A stretch of 64,000 bases of DNA. Origin: a virus. The DNA is taken from positions 3,367 through 67,366 of IMG/VR virus record IMGVR_UViG_3300021387_001020; one strand, 5' to 3'. Under the pieces are notes generated by a model, which worked only from the letters and a program-made list of their open reading frames with translations, made no database searches and was not told the DNA's origin. Within the stretch, counting starts at the first letter, position 1. Each line of letters opens with the position of its first letter. The translations under genes were made by a program, and so were the position numbers. This document shows positions 31,960 through 43,500 of this stretch, in pieces.

Positions 31960-34900
31960 TTAAATGATTATTTGAAAGGAGACAGTATTATGCTGAAACT
32001 TAAAAGAGAAAAAATCAATGTTTTTGGCGAAGCAAGTATTTCTCATGTTGAGAAGTTGGGAAATACCTACGTGGTTATTCGTGAGTGTGACGGCGTGGTT
32101 CTTGCAAAAGGAAAGGAACTCAAGGGATATCTTGGTGATATTATCCGTACTATGTACACTGGGGAAACGAAGTATGATGGAGATTATATTCTTACATCAG
32201 ATCTTCATGGAATGATTTGTAAATTTCCTTACGGTGAACCTTGGGAATTGTATGTTAGACACTGAAAGCGAGGAGGCAAAATGAAACTGCGAAAACGCTA
32301 TACAATAGAGTACATCGACAACGAAAGAGATTTGGCTATCCTGAATGCCGGAACTCATTCTGCGCCGTGGGAACTCTTCAAAAAGGAAATCATTGAAGAG
32401 AAAGATGCACATGATGCCTACACTGGTAAGGAAAGCATTGACGGAAAAGCATGGACAAGATTTATGTTATGGTCGATTTGTCCTGATCAGATATACATCA
32501 GTAACGCAAACAACGTCACACATCCGCTTTTCTGTCAGATGTGGATGGAGCTGTTGGATGAGGAAGGGAATGTGGTCTATGAAGACTTATGCGAACTTCC
32601 GAGTACGGTAAAACACAGTATTTATTCTGCCATAAACGGTCAGGCGAATAATGAATGTAATACTTTAAAGGAATCTGTAGTTGCCTTGGAAGACGAAATC
32701 AATAACTATAAAGCATTTATTAAAAAGTACCATGCAGAAAAATTATTCGATGATTTTAGAAGGGAGAACGTATGAAAAATGTAAAATGCTGTAAATGCGG
32801 AACTTACTTTGATCTTTATAAGTTCGGCGCTCCGGGTGATCCGACAAGAAACATTTGTTGGAGTTGTTACCCGCCAACCTATGCTCCAGCTACTAAGAGA
32901 AATCTTAGTGGTAGTTGGAGTGAATTGGATGCACTTGAAGATAGATGTGTAAATGATTGGAAGGAGTGATATGATGAAGGTTTATTATGAGGAAACTTAT
33001 GGCAAATACTATGAGGTAGATGCTACAAATAATCATGAAGCTGAACAGAAACTTATTCAGCTCATTGGCGAAGGCAAAGAGAACTCGCCAGATGAATGTA
33101 AAAATTCTGTAGTTTGCGCTCTGATTGGAAACGGTAAACCTGATTTCCAGATTATGGGCGAAAAGATAGAGACACTGAGTGATGCTGAAAAGGAATTTTA
33201 CCTTTGGCATTTGCTTCGGTTCTACTACTCAAAGAAACTAATTGCCGACAAGAAGAAGTATGAGAACGATCATGCTGTAGTCGATCAGATTGATAGATTG
33301 GAGCGGAACGTAGCAGAGATTGATACTCTTCTTTGTTATGATATGTTCTAAATAACAACATATTAAACCGCCATCTTGAGCAACGACAGCACCAAATATA
33401 CGGTGTTTTTTAATTAAGGCAAATTGATGGACGGTTTAAATTACAATTTAATATTAGAATCTGCCGATAAACATCTGTTTGTCGGTAGTCGTGTGGTATT
33501 AAATTGTGTTTCATCTAAAGAAAGGAAAGGTAACTATGAGAAGTGTATCAACTGTAGAAATTCACACGTTCAAGTTCAAAGGGACAGCCAAAATCTGTAG
33601 AGTTGTTTCTTCCATCAAAAACGGAAAGAACTTCCTGACATTCATTGGATGGAATCCGTTTCCTTGCTATTCAATGGAGACTACTTGGCGAGTATTCGTT
33701 AAGTGGATGACGGAAAACGGTTGGGAAGAAGCCAAAGGTATCACGCGGATTGTTACGGTTAAGGAGGAAAACTAATATGATGATTCCGAGCAACTACGAA
33801 ATTAATGTGGCAACTACGTCAGAGCCAAAGGCAAAGTACGGTAGACATTACTGTACTATTGAACTTGGTGATTGTTCTACGGATGTAGCGATGGAGAAAT
33901 TCAAGTTTATCAAGGAAATTTTCCCCGACAACTGGAATCTTTCTCTTCATGAAATCACTTGCTATGGAAAGGAAATTGCGAAATGAAAAATCCATGTTTC
34001 AATTGCGGGTATAACTGGTATGATGAGGATCTTGGTTATGAAACTTGCCACTATCCTGAAGATGAACCGCATGAGTGGGCACCTTGCGAAGCGCAGGATG
34101 AAGCTGACCGCATTGCAATGGAAGATGAAGAATACCAAAATTTTATAAGACAGATCGAGGAGGAATATGAGAATGAGTAAAATTGATTATAGTGCTGTAA
34201 AGGAAATTCTGAAGATCTTCGAAGATAAACCGAATGGTTTATGGTACGGAATTCCTGGCATTAACTTCTACTTCTACAACACACAGACAGACCCTGAGAT
34301 TGAGTACAAAGGCAAACGTTGTAGTTGCTACATCGTTGAAGATACTATGTGGGAGAGATTTCATGAGGATGATCTTAGTGATCCAAGTGAATTCCCACGG
34401 TATATGATGGAAAACAAAGATGAAGTTTACGAACTTTGTGAACTTGCACTTTTCGGATAGGAGAAATTTTATCTATGGACATTAAGAGTTACCACAATAA
34501 AAGAAACCCGCACAAGTTCATTGATGTAAAGCACACTGCTGATCGCCACTATATGTGGAGACAGCGCATGGTATGGGACAACGGAGTTATTAATCCAGTC
34601 GGCACTCCAAAAGGAGGATTTCGCCGTCAAAACAAGAGAACGATTGATGAAGTGTTGGAAGATTATGATGAGGTGATTTGATGTTAAGTGAAAGATTTCA
34701 GAGAATGATTTTTGAAGCGCACAAGGCAGATCATTACGCAACTATTAAACATGCAGGATTCGAGTATGGAATTGCATACAATCCGCTGGCAACGATTCAT
34801 ACTTGGATCATTAGAAGAAAGGAAACAGAAAAGGATTTTCACTGGTTACAGCCATTAAGTGAGAAAGTAAGGTGATTTGATGAAAAGAATTATTAAAATT

Positions 34901-35908
34901 GATACTGAGCCTAACACATGGAGTTATTTATATCCTGATGAATGGAAAGGATTTATATATGGCCCTGAAGAAGAGTTTGATAATGTTTTCGTTATAGTTG
35001 CTCCAAGCGATTTCAATCGTTCTACTGATGCTTCTTGGTATCAGAAAGCTATTGAGTATCTTGAAGAGAATGATATTCCTAATAACGAAACGGAAGTTAT
35101 GAAAGCACTTAAAAAATTATATCCAGATGATGAATTTGATACATTTGACATCACTGGATATGTTCAAGGTGAATATGCTACTGTAATTTACAAGGTAAAT
35201 GGTAGTGAATTTTCAGATGGTTTTAAAGAATGTTTCGGAGATTTCTACTTTGGTTATGTAACGGAATTTATTGACGAAGAAGAAAACGTCCATAATTTTA
35301 TTGCAGACAGCGAATTTTGGGAACATGAAGATAAAGATCTGAGAGATTTCGTTTGCGATATTTTCAATATTGATCCTGATGAAGATATTGAGATTATGAA
35401 GTCAAACGGATATACAATGGTTAAAAATTGGGAGGTGGTAAGGTAATGAATCACAGGATTTATCACGAAAAAATGTATCTTAACAATCTTCTTCTCTCTC
35501 AGTTTAAGGGAGATAAAGAAAAAGTTGAGATAATTAACGAGAAAATTGTTGAACTTAAAAAGGAGTACAGAAAATGGCTCAAAGAGAGGCATGATTTGTA
35601 CTATGGATATTATGAGAAACCGATTGGTATAATAACCGCTTCTTATTGGGAGAATGACAGCGGTTGGATGAAGGTGTTGATTAAAAATCAGCACTGGTCT
35701 GAAGAAGAGAAACAGAAATTCATTGAAGAAAACTGGATTCATTATAAATGGAGTCAGTACGATTGTACTGGTCAAGTTTTCACTTGGGCAATTAATGTTT
35801 TTAATGTCCCGAGTGGTGTAGTAGCTTACATCCGTAATGCAATGGATGTTTGATTAAGGGAACTGGTAATTTATCAGTTCCTTTTTTGATTCGAAAGGAT
35901 ATGTAACT

Positions 35909-36709
35909 ATGGCGAATTTTATTCAGGGTGTTACTAATTATGAAGAATGGAGAGATCATTCAAAGGATAGTAAGGTTTACAAAGAACGTATGTCTCTGAT
36001 AAGCGAACTACTTCCGAAGAAAAATAATCTTGGAGTTCTCGATCAGTATCGTTTAGCGAATGCATTGGCTGTTTCTAAACTTACTGGAAAACTTGAAGGA
36101 TATTATGCAATCAGTACTTCGGTTTTAATGAATCCGATTTGTCAGTCAAGAGCGAAATGTGAAGGATGTATTTGTAAAGATTGTTATGCAGCACAAGGAG
36201 CTTCGAGGTTTTCTGGCTTGTCTCAGGGATTGGAAACCAATTATCTGATACTGAATAATTTCTTGTTAGATGAAGAGGTTCTTGCAACTGTGCCAATTCC
36301 TTCAACTAATGGAAAGTCAAGAATAGAATCTCATGGAGATGCCGCAACCACAATTTGTGCAATCAACCACAAGAGGATTGTTAATAGTCACAAGCATTTG
36401 TTCTTTGGTGTTTGGTCGAAAAACCTGAATTTCTACAATACAGCTTTTGAAGCAGAAGGGAAGCCAGATAATATGAATTTTATTGCAAGCTCCCCAATTG
36501 TAAATGAAGTAATGGAAATTCCATCTGATTACAAGTGGTTTGTAGACAAACTGATGACAATCTATGAAACGGAATATGCAAAACTTCATAATATTCAGAT
36601 TAACTGCGGTACATGGAATACTGGTGATTTAGATCATCGTTGTAAGCTGTGCGATAGATGCTATGACGATACAAATAAAGAGTTTTATATTAACGAACTT
36701 AAAAAATAA
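35909..36709 (+). CDS. Cys-rich phage protein (gp88-like, radical-SAM-related)
   Basis: C..R......ICKDCYA, RIESHGD and C-terminal CKLCDRCY. Confidence 0.55.
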   Translation: MANFIQGVTNYEEWRDHSKDSKVYKERMSLISELLPKKNNLGVLDQYRLANALAVSKLTGKLEGYYAISTSVLMNPICQSRAKCEGCICKDCYAAQGASRFSGLSQGLETNYLILNNFLLDEEVLATVPIPSTNGKSRIESHGDAATTICAINHKRIVNSHKHLFFGVWSKNLNFYNTAFEAEGKPDNMNFIASSPIVNEVMEIPSDYKWFVDKLMTIYETEYAKLHNIQINCGTWNTGDLDHRCKLCDRCYDDTNKEFYINELKK

Positions 36710-36753
36710 ATATTAAATACAAATTGACAAAGGCAAAAACAGGAGGTAAACTG

Positions 36754-37119
36754 ATGGAAACTATGGAAGTGTTTAAGAAAGTACGAATCCTTAAAGACGG
36801 TAACGCATATCCTTTGTTCATCGACAAAAGGAAACCGTTCCAGTTTGGAGAATGGATGAAAGCCGAATTTCATCCGACCAAAGGGTTCGCTCCGAGGTCA
36901 CTTGGTAAGGACGAAAACGGAGAAGAAATTGGTGGTTATCACTGCTGCTTTCAGCCTGTTGCTCCACACATTGCAGATGAACTTAAGTCTGGCGAGAAGC
37001 GTATGTGGATGAAGTGCGAAGCAAAAGGAAAGATGCAGAAATATGACAGACCCGAATCTCAGGGTGGTGCATGGTTGCTTGTCGAATGGCTGAAGCCGAT
37101 TGAAATTATTGCAATTTGA
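36754..37119 (+). CDS. Hypothetical protein immediately upstream of the RT
   Basis: SD AGGAGG before ATG 36754; 121 aa. Confidence 0.7.
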   Translation: METMEVFKKVRILKDGNAYPLFIDKRKPFQFGEWMKAEFHPTKGFAPRSLGKDENGEEIGGYHCCFQPVAPHIADELKSGEKRMWMKCEAKGKMQKYDRPESQGGAWLLVEWLKPIEIIAI

Positions 37120-37131
37120 GGTGGTGATTGA

Positions 37132-38409
37132 ATGAGAGATGTATTGTTTGAAAAACTGTTTCTTGAACCTGAGCGGTGGGAAACAGCAATAGCTAAGGCA
37201 AAAGCAAAAGGGATTGATAAATCCGAATTATCTCTGCTGTGTGATCCTAACGTTCGTATAGTTCTTGCGGAGAAAATCCTCACAGGGAATTATGCGATAA
37301 CACCGCCACATACGCAGTTGATTCCTAAAGATAAACCCGGCGAATTTCGCACGGTATATATCAATGAAAACATTGATCGTGTGTTCCTTAGTATGATCAA
37401 TGATTTGTTAATGGAAATGTTTTCCGATATGATCCATCCAGCTTGTAAATCATACCAGAGTGGTATTGGTTGCGGTAAGGTTGTAAAAGAAACAGTATCA
37501 TATATGCGAAATATTAAAAATAATGACATTGGATGGAAATCTGATTTGTCAAAATATTTCGATTCAGTTCCTCTGTTTGCGATTGATAGTATCTTCGATA
37601 CCATTGAAGCGAGAGTAGGAAAATCTGCGGTTATTGATATTGTTAGAGATTATTACCATCAGGATTTGTGCTTCAATACTGATGGAAATCTTGTACAGCA
37701 TTATCAATCATTAAAGCAAGGTTGCGCTGTTGCATCATTTCTTGCAGATGTTTTGTTGTTCAATATGGATGACAAGATGAGTAAGTTTGCAAAGAGAAAC
37801 GGTGGTTATTATTGTCGTTACTCTGATGATTGCCTGTATATTGGACGCAATTACAACAAGGCAATGGATATTATGAAAACTGAACTTGCAAAATTTAAGC
37901 TGACGCTCAATCCAAAAAAGGTTGAGTATCTGAGAAAAGATCGTTGGTTCAAATTCCTTGGGTTTAATCTCAAGGGAGATAAAATCACATTATCCAAAAG
38001 CCGTGTAAAAACTTTCCAGAAGGAAATTGAAAAGCGGACAATCAAAGACAAAAAGGCAAGTCCAACAAAAGCCAAGAACAACGTAAATCGTTACTTGTAT
38101 GGTGGCGAATATAGTTGGGCAACATCAGTGCTACCAATCATTAATGTTGAAAAAGATATTAATGAATTGAATTTGTTTGTTATGGATTGCATTAGGGCGA
38201 AAATGACAGGCAAAACAAAAGTTGGCGGTCTTGGCTCTATCATCACTGGAGAGTATACAATTCAGCGTGGAACTGGTGCCAATGTGACGGCAAACCGCAA
38301 CAAAACACCAAAGGAAATCGTTGGTTATATTACTCTGATGTGTGCAAGAAATGCACTTCTTACTGATAGATCGGCATATGAGACTTTGGTAAGGATGCTT
38401 CTTAGTTAA
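37132..38409 (+). CDS. Stand-alone reverse transcriptase (not group II intron or DGR; unknown-group or retron-like)
   Basis: RT motifs KDKPGEFRTVYI, KSDLSKYFDSV, LKQGCAVASFLAD, YCRYSDD and FKFLG; 425 aa. Confidence 0.92.
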   Translation: MRDVLFEKLFLEPERWETAIAKAKAKGIDKSELSLLCDPNVRIVLAEKILTGNYAITPPHTQLIPKDKPGEFRTVYINENIDRVFLSMINDLLMEMFSDMIHPACKSYQSGIGCGKVVKETVSYMRNIKNNDIGWKSDLSKYFDSVPLFAIDSIFDTIEARVGKSAVIDIVRDYYHQDLCFNTDGNLVQHYQSLKQGCAVASFLADVLLFNMDDKMSKFAKRNGGYYCRYSDDCLYIGRNYNKAMDIMKTELAKFKLTLNPKKVEYLRKDRWFKFLGFNLKGDKITLSKSRVKTFQKEIEKRTIKDKKASPTKAKNNVNRYLYGGEYSWATSVLPIINVEKDINELNLFVMDCIRAKMTGKTKVGGLGSIITGEYTIQRGTGANVTANRNKTPKEIVGYITLMCARNALLTDRSAYETLVRMLLS

Positions 38410-38416
38410 CGGTTAA

Positions 38417-38574
38417 TAGCGGAGGATACCGTAATGGAAACAAGGGAGTATCCGTTTAATATTGCAGCTTTTCATAACCTGGATAAGTGAGGCTTGACGG
38501 CCTCCATATCCAGGTGAGATCAGCTGCTATATATGAAGCTGTTATAGAAATATCCCGCTACTCATGAGTTTCCA
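38417..38574 (+). ncRNA. RT-associated structured RNA, unit 1
   Basis: Stem A tagcgg..gata/tatcccgcta; stem B tggaaac-AAGG-gagta/tactc-ATGA-gtttcca; long central hairpin with TTGACG loop; ATGAAGC..TTATAG motif. Confidence 0.8.
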
Positions 38575-38600
38575 AAGCAAAATTAATGAAAGGAGAAGCA

Positions 38601-39032
38601 ATGACGATTTATGACAGACTGGTTCAGTCAGTAGAGAACGGAGAATATTTCTCTGTAAACCTTGAAACAAAATCTCTAAGAATTGGAAAGGAGATGGTAA
38701 TTGATGAAGGTAACTATAGCGGTGAGTTGATTGGCGATTTGCCGTGTGATCATTGGGAGATGTTGGAAAGATTATTTATTAACTATTATCTTTCAAGACC
38801 GGGCGCATGGTCAGAGCGAAAGAAAAGTTATTTTGCCGCAAAAAATGTAAAGGAGATGAGTGATATTGAGTTAGCTTGCGGCGAGTCACGGTTGGTAGCA
38901 CAGGCAAAACTTGAGGGTTTTGTGTTATGTGCTGTACTTAGTGGACTTCTCAAATGGAATCCGTTGTATGGAAATTGGTTCTGGAAATCAAAAAGATATC
39001 CTGAACTTGTGTTGCTGAAGAATTGGTTTTAA
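38601..39032 (+). CDS. Candidate RT partner protein 1 (hypothetical, Trp-rich C-terminus)
   Basis: SD AGGAG; lies between ncRNA unit 1 and units 2-4. Confidence 0.75.
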   Translation: MTIYDRLVQSVENGEYFSVNLETKSLRIGKEMVIDEGNYSGELIGDLPCDHWEMLERLFINYYLSRPGAWSERKKSYFAAKNVKEMSDIELACGESRLVAQAKLEGFVLCAVLSGLLKWNPLYGNWFWKSKRYPELVLLKNWF

Positions 39033-39080
39033 TTGTAATCATTACATACTACAAAACAATTATTAAAGGAGATCAATCTT

Positions 39081-40049
39081 ATGATGAATAGAGAAGAAAG
39101 AAACAGTATCCTCAAGGCAGCTGGCATCGACACTGGAAAGTTTGTAGCAATGGACGTTCCCGAAGGTGCAACGATTATCATTGCAACTCCCGATGGAAAG
39201 CAGTGTAAGTTTGATCGGAATGGTAATCCGATTGATGAGATTCTGAAGAAAGTGAAGGATGTTGGATATATCAAGGAAGATCCTCATTTCCGCCGTTGGG
39301 TGATGGCTCAGACGTTTGATATCCTTGAGTATGATGGCTCAATGGAAACGTATATCAAGCGCAGAAAAGGCGGGTATTACTACCAGTTCGAACAGACTCT
39401 GGACGAACTTAAGGCAATCTCGAAGATGCTTAAAGGAATTGCAAGGGATAGACGTTCGATGTTTTTTACAAAGACTGTGGTGATCAATCTTTGTGAAGAT
39501 TATCTTGTTCATCTGAGGAAATATGTTGACGAACTTCCTGTTAAAAGTCATCGTGGTATGCCTTACAAGAAGGTAAAAGGATTCTGTCAGGGAGTTCACT
39601 GTAAGGATATTGAAGGTCAGGTATTCGCTCCGCTTGAAGCACCTCTTAATAGAATTAAAGAGTCTTGGGGTTATAGTGATTATTGGATCATGTATAATGC
39701 TTTTCAGGAGTTTGTATCTCATATGATCAAGATTAATCTTAATGATGCAAAACTTTGCAAAGCTTGGGTATCAGCTTACAAAGGAGCTGGTGCTTATTAC
39801 ACACTCATGGGTCTGATCAAGTTCCATGATTGCCGTGTGTATGAGCATATTGGTTGCCGTTATAATTGCACAAAAGTAAAACTCAGCCTTGATGCCTCGA
39901 TTAAAGCTGTCGAAGATAAAGTAAATGAAATCTATAGATACAATTGGAGAGGTGCTGACTGGTATCTTCTTTACGGAATGATGAAGGAAGTTATTGAAGA
40001 TAATAACTTCGATTTCCGCAAGAAGATGAAAGAAATCTACGGAAGGTAA
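39081..40049 (+). CDS. Candidate RT partner protein 2 (hypothetical, 322 aa)
   Basis: SD AAGGAG; directly precedes ncRNA units 2-4. Confidence 0.8.
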   Translation: MMNREERNSILKAAGIDTGKFVAMDVPEGATIIIATPDGKQCKFDRNGNPIDEILKKVKDVGYIKEDPHFRRWVMAQTFDILEYDGSMETYIKRRKGGYYYQFEQTLDELKAISKMLKGIARDRRSMFFTKTVVINLCEDYLVHLRKYVDELPVKSHRGMPYKKVKGFCQGVHCKDIEGQVFAPLEAPLNRIKESWGYSDYWIMYNAFQEFVSHMIKINLNDAKLCKAWVSAYKGAGAYYTLMGLIKFHDCRVYEHIGCRYNCTKVKLSLDASIKAVEDKVNEIYRYNWRGADWYLLYGMMKEVIEDNNFDFRKKMKEIYGR

Positions 40050-40063
40050 TGTAGTAACTGGAA

Positions 40064-40538
40064 CACAAATCCACTTTGCACAATACTATCTGATTTAAGA
40101 TAGCGGGATAGAATAGAATCAGCTACCCGGATTGACTTCCCGGCTGCTGATTCTATACATCAACCGCTATTTATTGAAGCGGTTAAAGATATTTGTGAGA
40201 GATAGTTGAGTGTGAGAGATAACAATGTGGTGTTAAGTTAGCAAGGCAGATTAATTCAATAAAACGCCAGATATAGGATCCATTTGTCCAGCCTGACGGA
40301 ACTGGTAAATGGATCCTAATATGGTCGTTTAATATGACGCTTTTATAGTTACCACACAAATCTGATGAGCTAACTAATTACTAAAGCAAAGACGCTTTCA
40401 TAAACAAGGTAACTGAAATTTAGTAGGCAACGTAATTAAACGCGATACTCGACCGCCTTGTCAGGCCGTATATTTCGCGCTAATTCCGGCTCTACATGAA
40501 ACACTTAAAGTAAGTCTTCGTGGTTAATGAGTTTATGA
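40064..40538 (+). ncRNA. Array of three RT-associated structured RNAs, units 2-4 (about 40064-40218, 40226-40375, 40389-40538)
   Basis: Each unit repeats the unit-1 architecture with different stem sequences that remain complementary. Confidence 0.8.
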
Positions 40539-40566
40539 TAATTTAGATAATAAGGAGAGTGATCAA

Positions 40567-43500
40567 ATGAAAGGACTTCAAAACAACATGGTATTTAACA
40601 ATCTTCTCAGTTACGAACGCAAAACACTTGAACGTCTTGCGGAAATTGAGCGAGAGGATGCCGACCGTTGCGAAAGTTGCGGTGGTGAAGATTGTGTCTG
40701 TTGTGAGTATTATGTAGACCGTCAGAAATGGAAATCGCCCGAAGAATTATTTGGTCATGAACTTGGTGATCCTATGTATGATGATTATGATTGGTATGGT
40801 TATACAGAAGAAGAGGAGGAAATCGAATGATGAAACTTACAACGCCGACTAAAAAAGAGGACATCTTGAATTTCATCATTACACTCTGGAAAACTACAGA
40901 GAAAGAGTGTAAAGCAAACGAAAACGGTGACCCAAGAGATATGATGTATTACCGTGGCAGATATACAGCAATGCTTGATTTACTGAAAATGGTTAAGATT
41001 TATGAAAAGGAGGAAAATAATATGATGAATATTGATCTTAGAAATAATAACCTTTGGGAAATGATGACTGAGTTCCTTAATGAAAATATTGAGGAAAACA
41101 ACGGCGCAATTGAAAATGAAAAGCTGTGGGTAAAAGGAAGTGAAACACCAGAACAGGCATCACTTCATGAAGGGAATATTGAAGAACTCTCTGAATACAA
41201 CGATATTCTTCAGTATGCAATTGATCATGGAAAGATTGTATGTGACAAAGAAATCCATATAATTTGGACGCAGCAGTTGTTTGAAGAATATAAAGAAGTC
41301 TTGGTAGATAGTCAGGAGAATAATCGTATTTGGTATGGTGATGATTTTAGTAATGATGTAAATCTTATTAAAGAAGTAGATGAGATTCTTGCGGATATTA
41401 AAAATACGTGGGAATAAAATCCAGATTTTATGAAAGGAGATAAAATTAATGATCGAATGGATTCTTCAGGTGGATGGTCAGAATATGTTACAGGTTCATT
41501 ATTCAATCAGATACAATCGCTATATATTCCCCGATAGTTATGGGAATTATGAAACAAATATGACACGACCACAGCGAAACTTCATGGATAATTCCATCAA
41601 GGTGGAAATGCTTAATGCCGATGGTTGGTTTAGAACGTTCTACTATTGGTTAGACAAAGATAATCCTAATAAAGCAATCATGTCACAGGTTAGAATAAAA
41701 AATCAGTTATATAGAAATCACAATGACTAATAAAACTCGCTTTTGATGAAGGGAGATGATTTAATGAACGGAATTCCAAACTGTGTACCTGAGTATTACC
41801 GCTCACTTCAGGATGACTACGACCATGAATGTGAACTGGAAATGAAAAGGCAAAATTGGTATGAGGAGAATAAAGCATATCGCCGTCAGAAATACATTGA
41901 CGGTTGCAACGAACTCCGTTTCTATCCAAGCGAATGTGAACATTGTAAGCATGGAGAAGAAGCAAAACCAGATTCTGAAATGGATGATATGCCGACAATG
42001 ATTTGCAGCAATTGGAGGAATTGCCTGGTTTTCAGAAAAGATGCTAAAGAAACATTCCCTGATGTGCCGTGGGAAGAATATTGTAATTGGCGTGAAGAGT
42101 ATGTAAAGAAGATTAAGAAGGGAGAAATCTAACATGGCAAAAGTTGTTATTATCAATGATGATGGTACTCAGAGATTAGTAAGGGAAGTTGCTGACAATT
42201 ATTATACTGGAGATATTCTTTTTAAAGATGATTATTTTGCAACAAAACTCTGGTGCAGAGATGATATTGCAATGAGAATTGAAAATAATTATGGTCGTGA
42301 AGCAACAGAAGAAGAAATTGATAATGTTATTAATCATGGAGGTAAATGGTGGGGCCTTAATGATTGTACAGATGGTGAATGGGACTGTATTGATTGGGAA
42401 ATAGAAGAGGTTCTTGGTAAAAATATAAAAACATCTGAACTGATTAAAGGATTGCGTGAAGCCATGAAAAACAACGATTTGAAAGGGAGTGATACTTAAA
42501 TGAATACATGTGTTGGTTGTTATTTGAATTTATTCTCTGATGAAAGAAAAATGGATTCGACTGATTTGCTTGACGATAAACTTGATATTTATATTATCTT
42601 TGCAGAATGGAAAGGTGATGATGAAATGCCAGAAGCTGAACTGAGAGCAAGAAGCGCAATTGAAAAATGGAAAAACAAGTATTATCCAAGAGTTAATCCT
42701 GACAACCCCAAAGCAATCAGATCGATTGCTCATAAATTAAAAAAGGTTCTTGAAAGAGAATTTTATGAAGAAGCAATATTTATCCATGTTGATGCAAAAC
42801 AGATAGTATAAAACGGTTATTTTAATGCAGGTCTTGTAGATTAATATAATGATAAGAAAGGAATTAGTCATGGCAAAGTGGGTAAAAACTTGCAAGGAAT
42901 TTTCAGATGTAAGGGAACTTATTAAAAAAGTTGACAGCGTGGGCATTATGAAATCGCTTCTTAATATCTGTCGGAAGTATTCAAAAGATGATGATTATGA
43001 TTTCGCCTATGATTTTGAATCTCTTGGCGATGATATTGAGGAAGAACTTTTGGATGAAGACAACGTAAGAGAAGATGAGGATGTTGCGGACTATTACCTG
43101 GGTGAGTTTTATGATCTTTGTGATGCTGCAAGGATTTGGCTGGCAATGTAAATGGATTGGATGTAATAAAAGATAGGTTTCATGAGAGGAGAAACAACAA
43201 TGAAACTTGGAACAATCGTAGTTGTAACTGTTGATAAACCTGATGGTTGTGATTATACAATTACCAAAGGAAATATTGGCGTGATTAGTGAGATTGAACA
43301 TCATGTTTTATATGATACCGATTACACTGTTCATACTGCAACATCCGATTATGTATACGGCATCAATCAGATTAGAGAAGCAACTGATGAAGAATGTAGA
43401 AAAGAACTTTATAGACTGTTGACAAGGTAAAATAAATTTTAATAAAGGAGAATAACATATGAAGCAGATTTTTATTATGACAAGTGTTACTGTTGATGTT

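Larger units (their letters stand above)
28328..35853 (+). other. Tandem run of small early genes, mostly hypothetical (e.g. 28793-29056, 29068-29478, 29492-29782, 31072-31353, 32281-32775, 32953-33351, 34167-34460, 34877-35446, 35428-35853)
   Basis: Head-to-tail plus-strand ORFs, mostly with strong SD sequences. Confidence 0.75.

Noticed and set aside
37132-38409. RT as a group II intron maturase or DGR RT
   Set aside because: No domain V/VI signature follows the ORF, no interrupted host gene is evident, and I saw no TR/VR repeat pair with adenine-specific mismatches in the window.
40050-40566. CRISPR array
   Set aside because: There are no identical direct repeats; the conservation is structural, and no cas genes are in the window.
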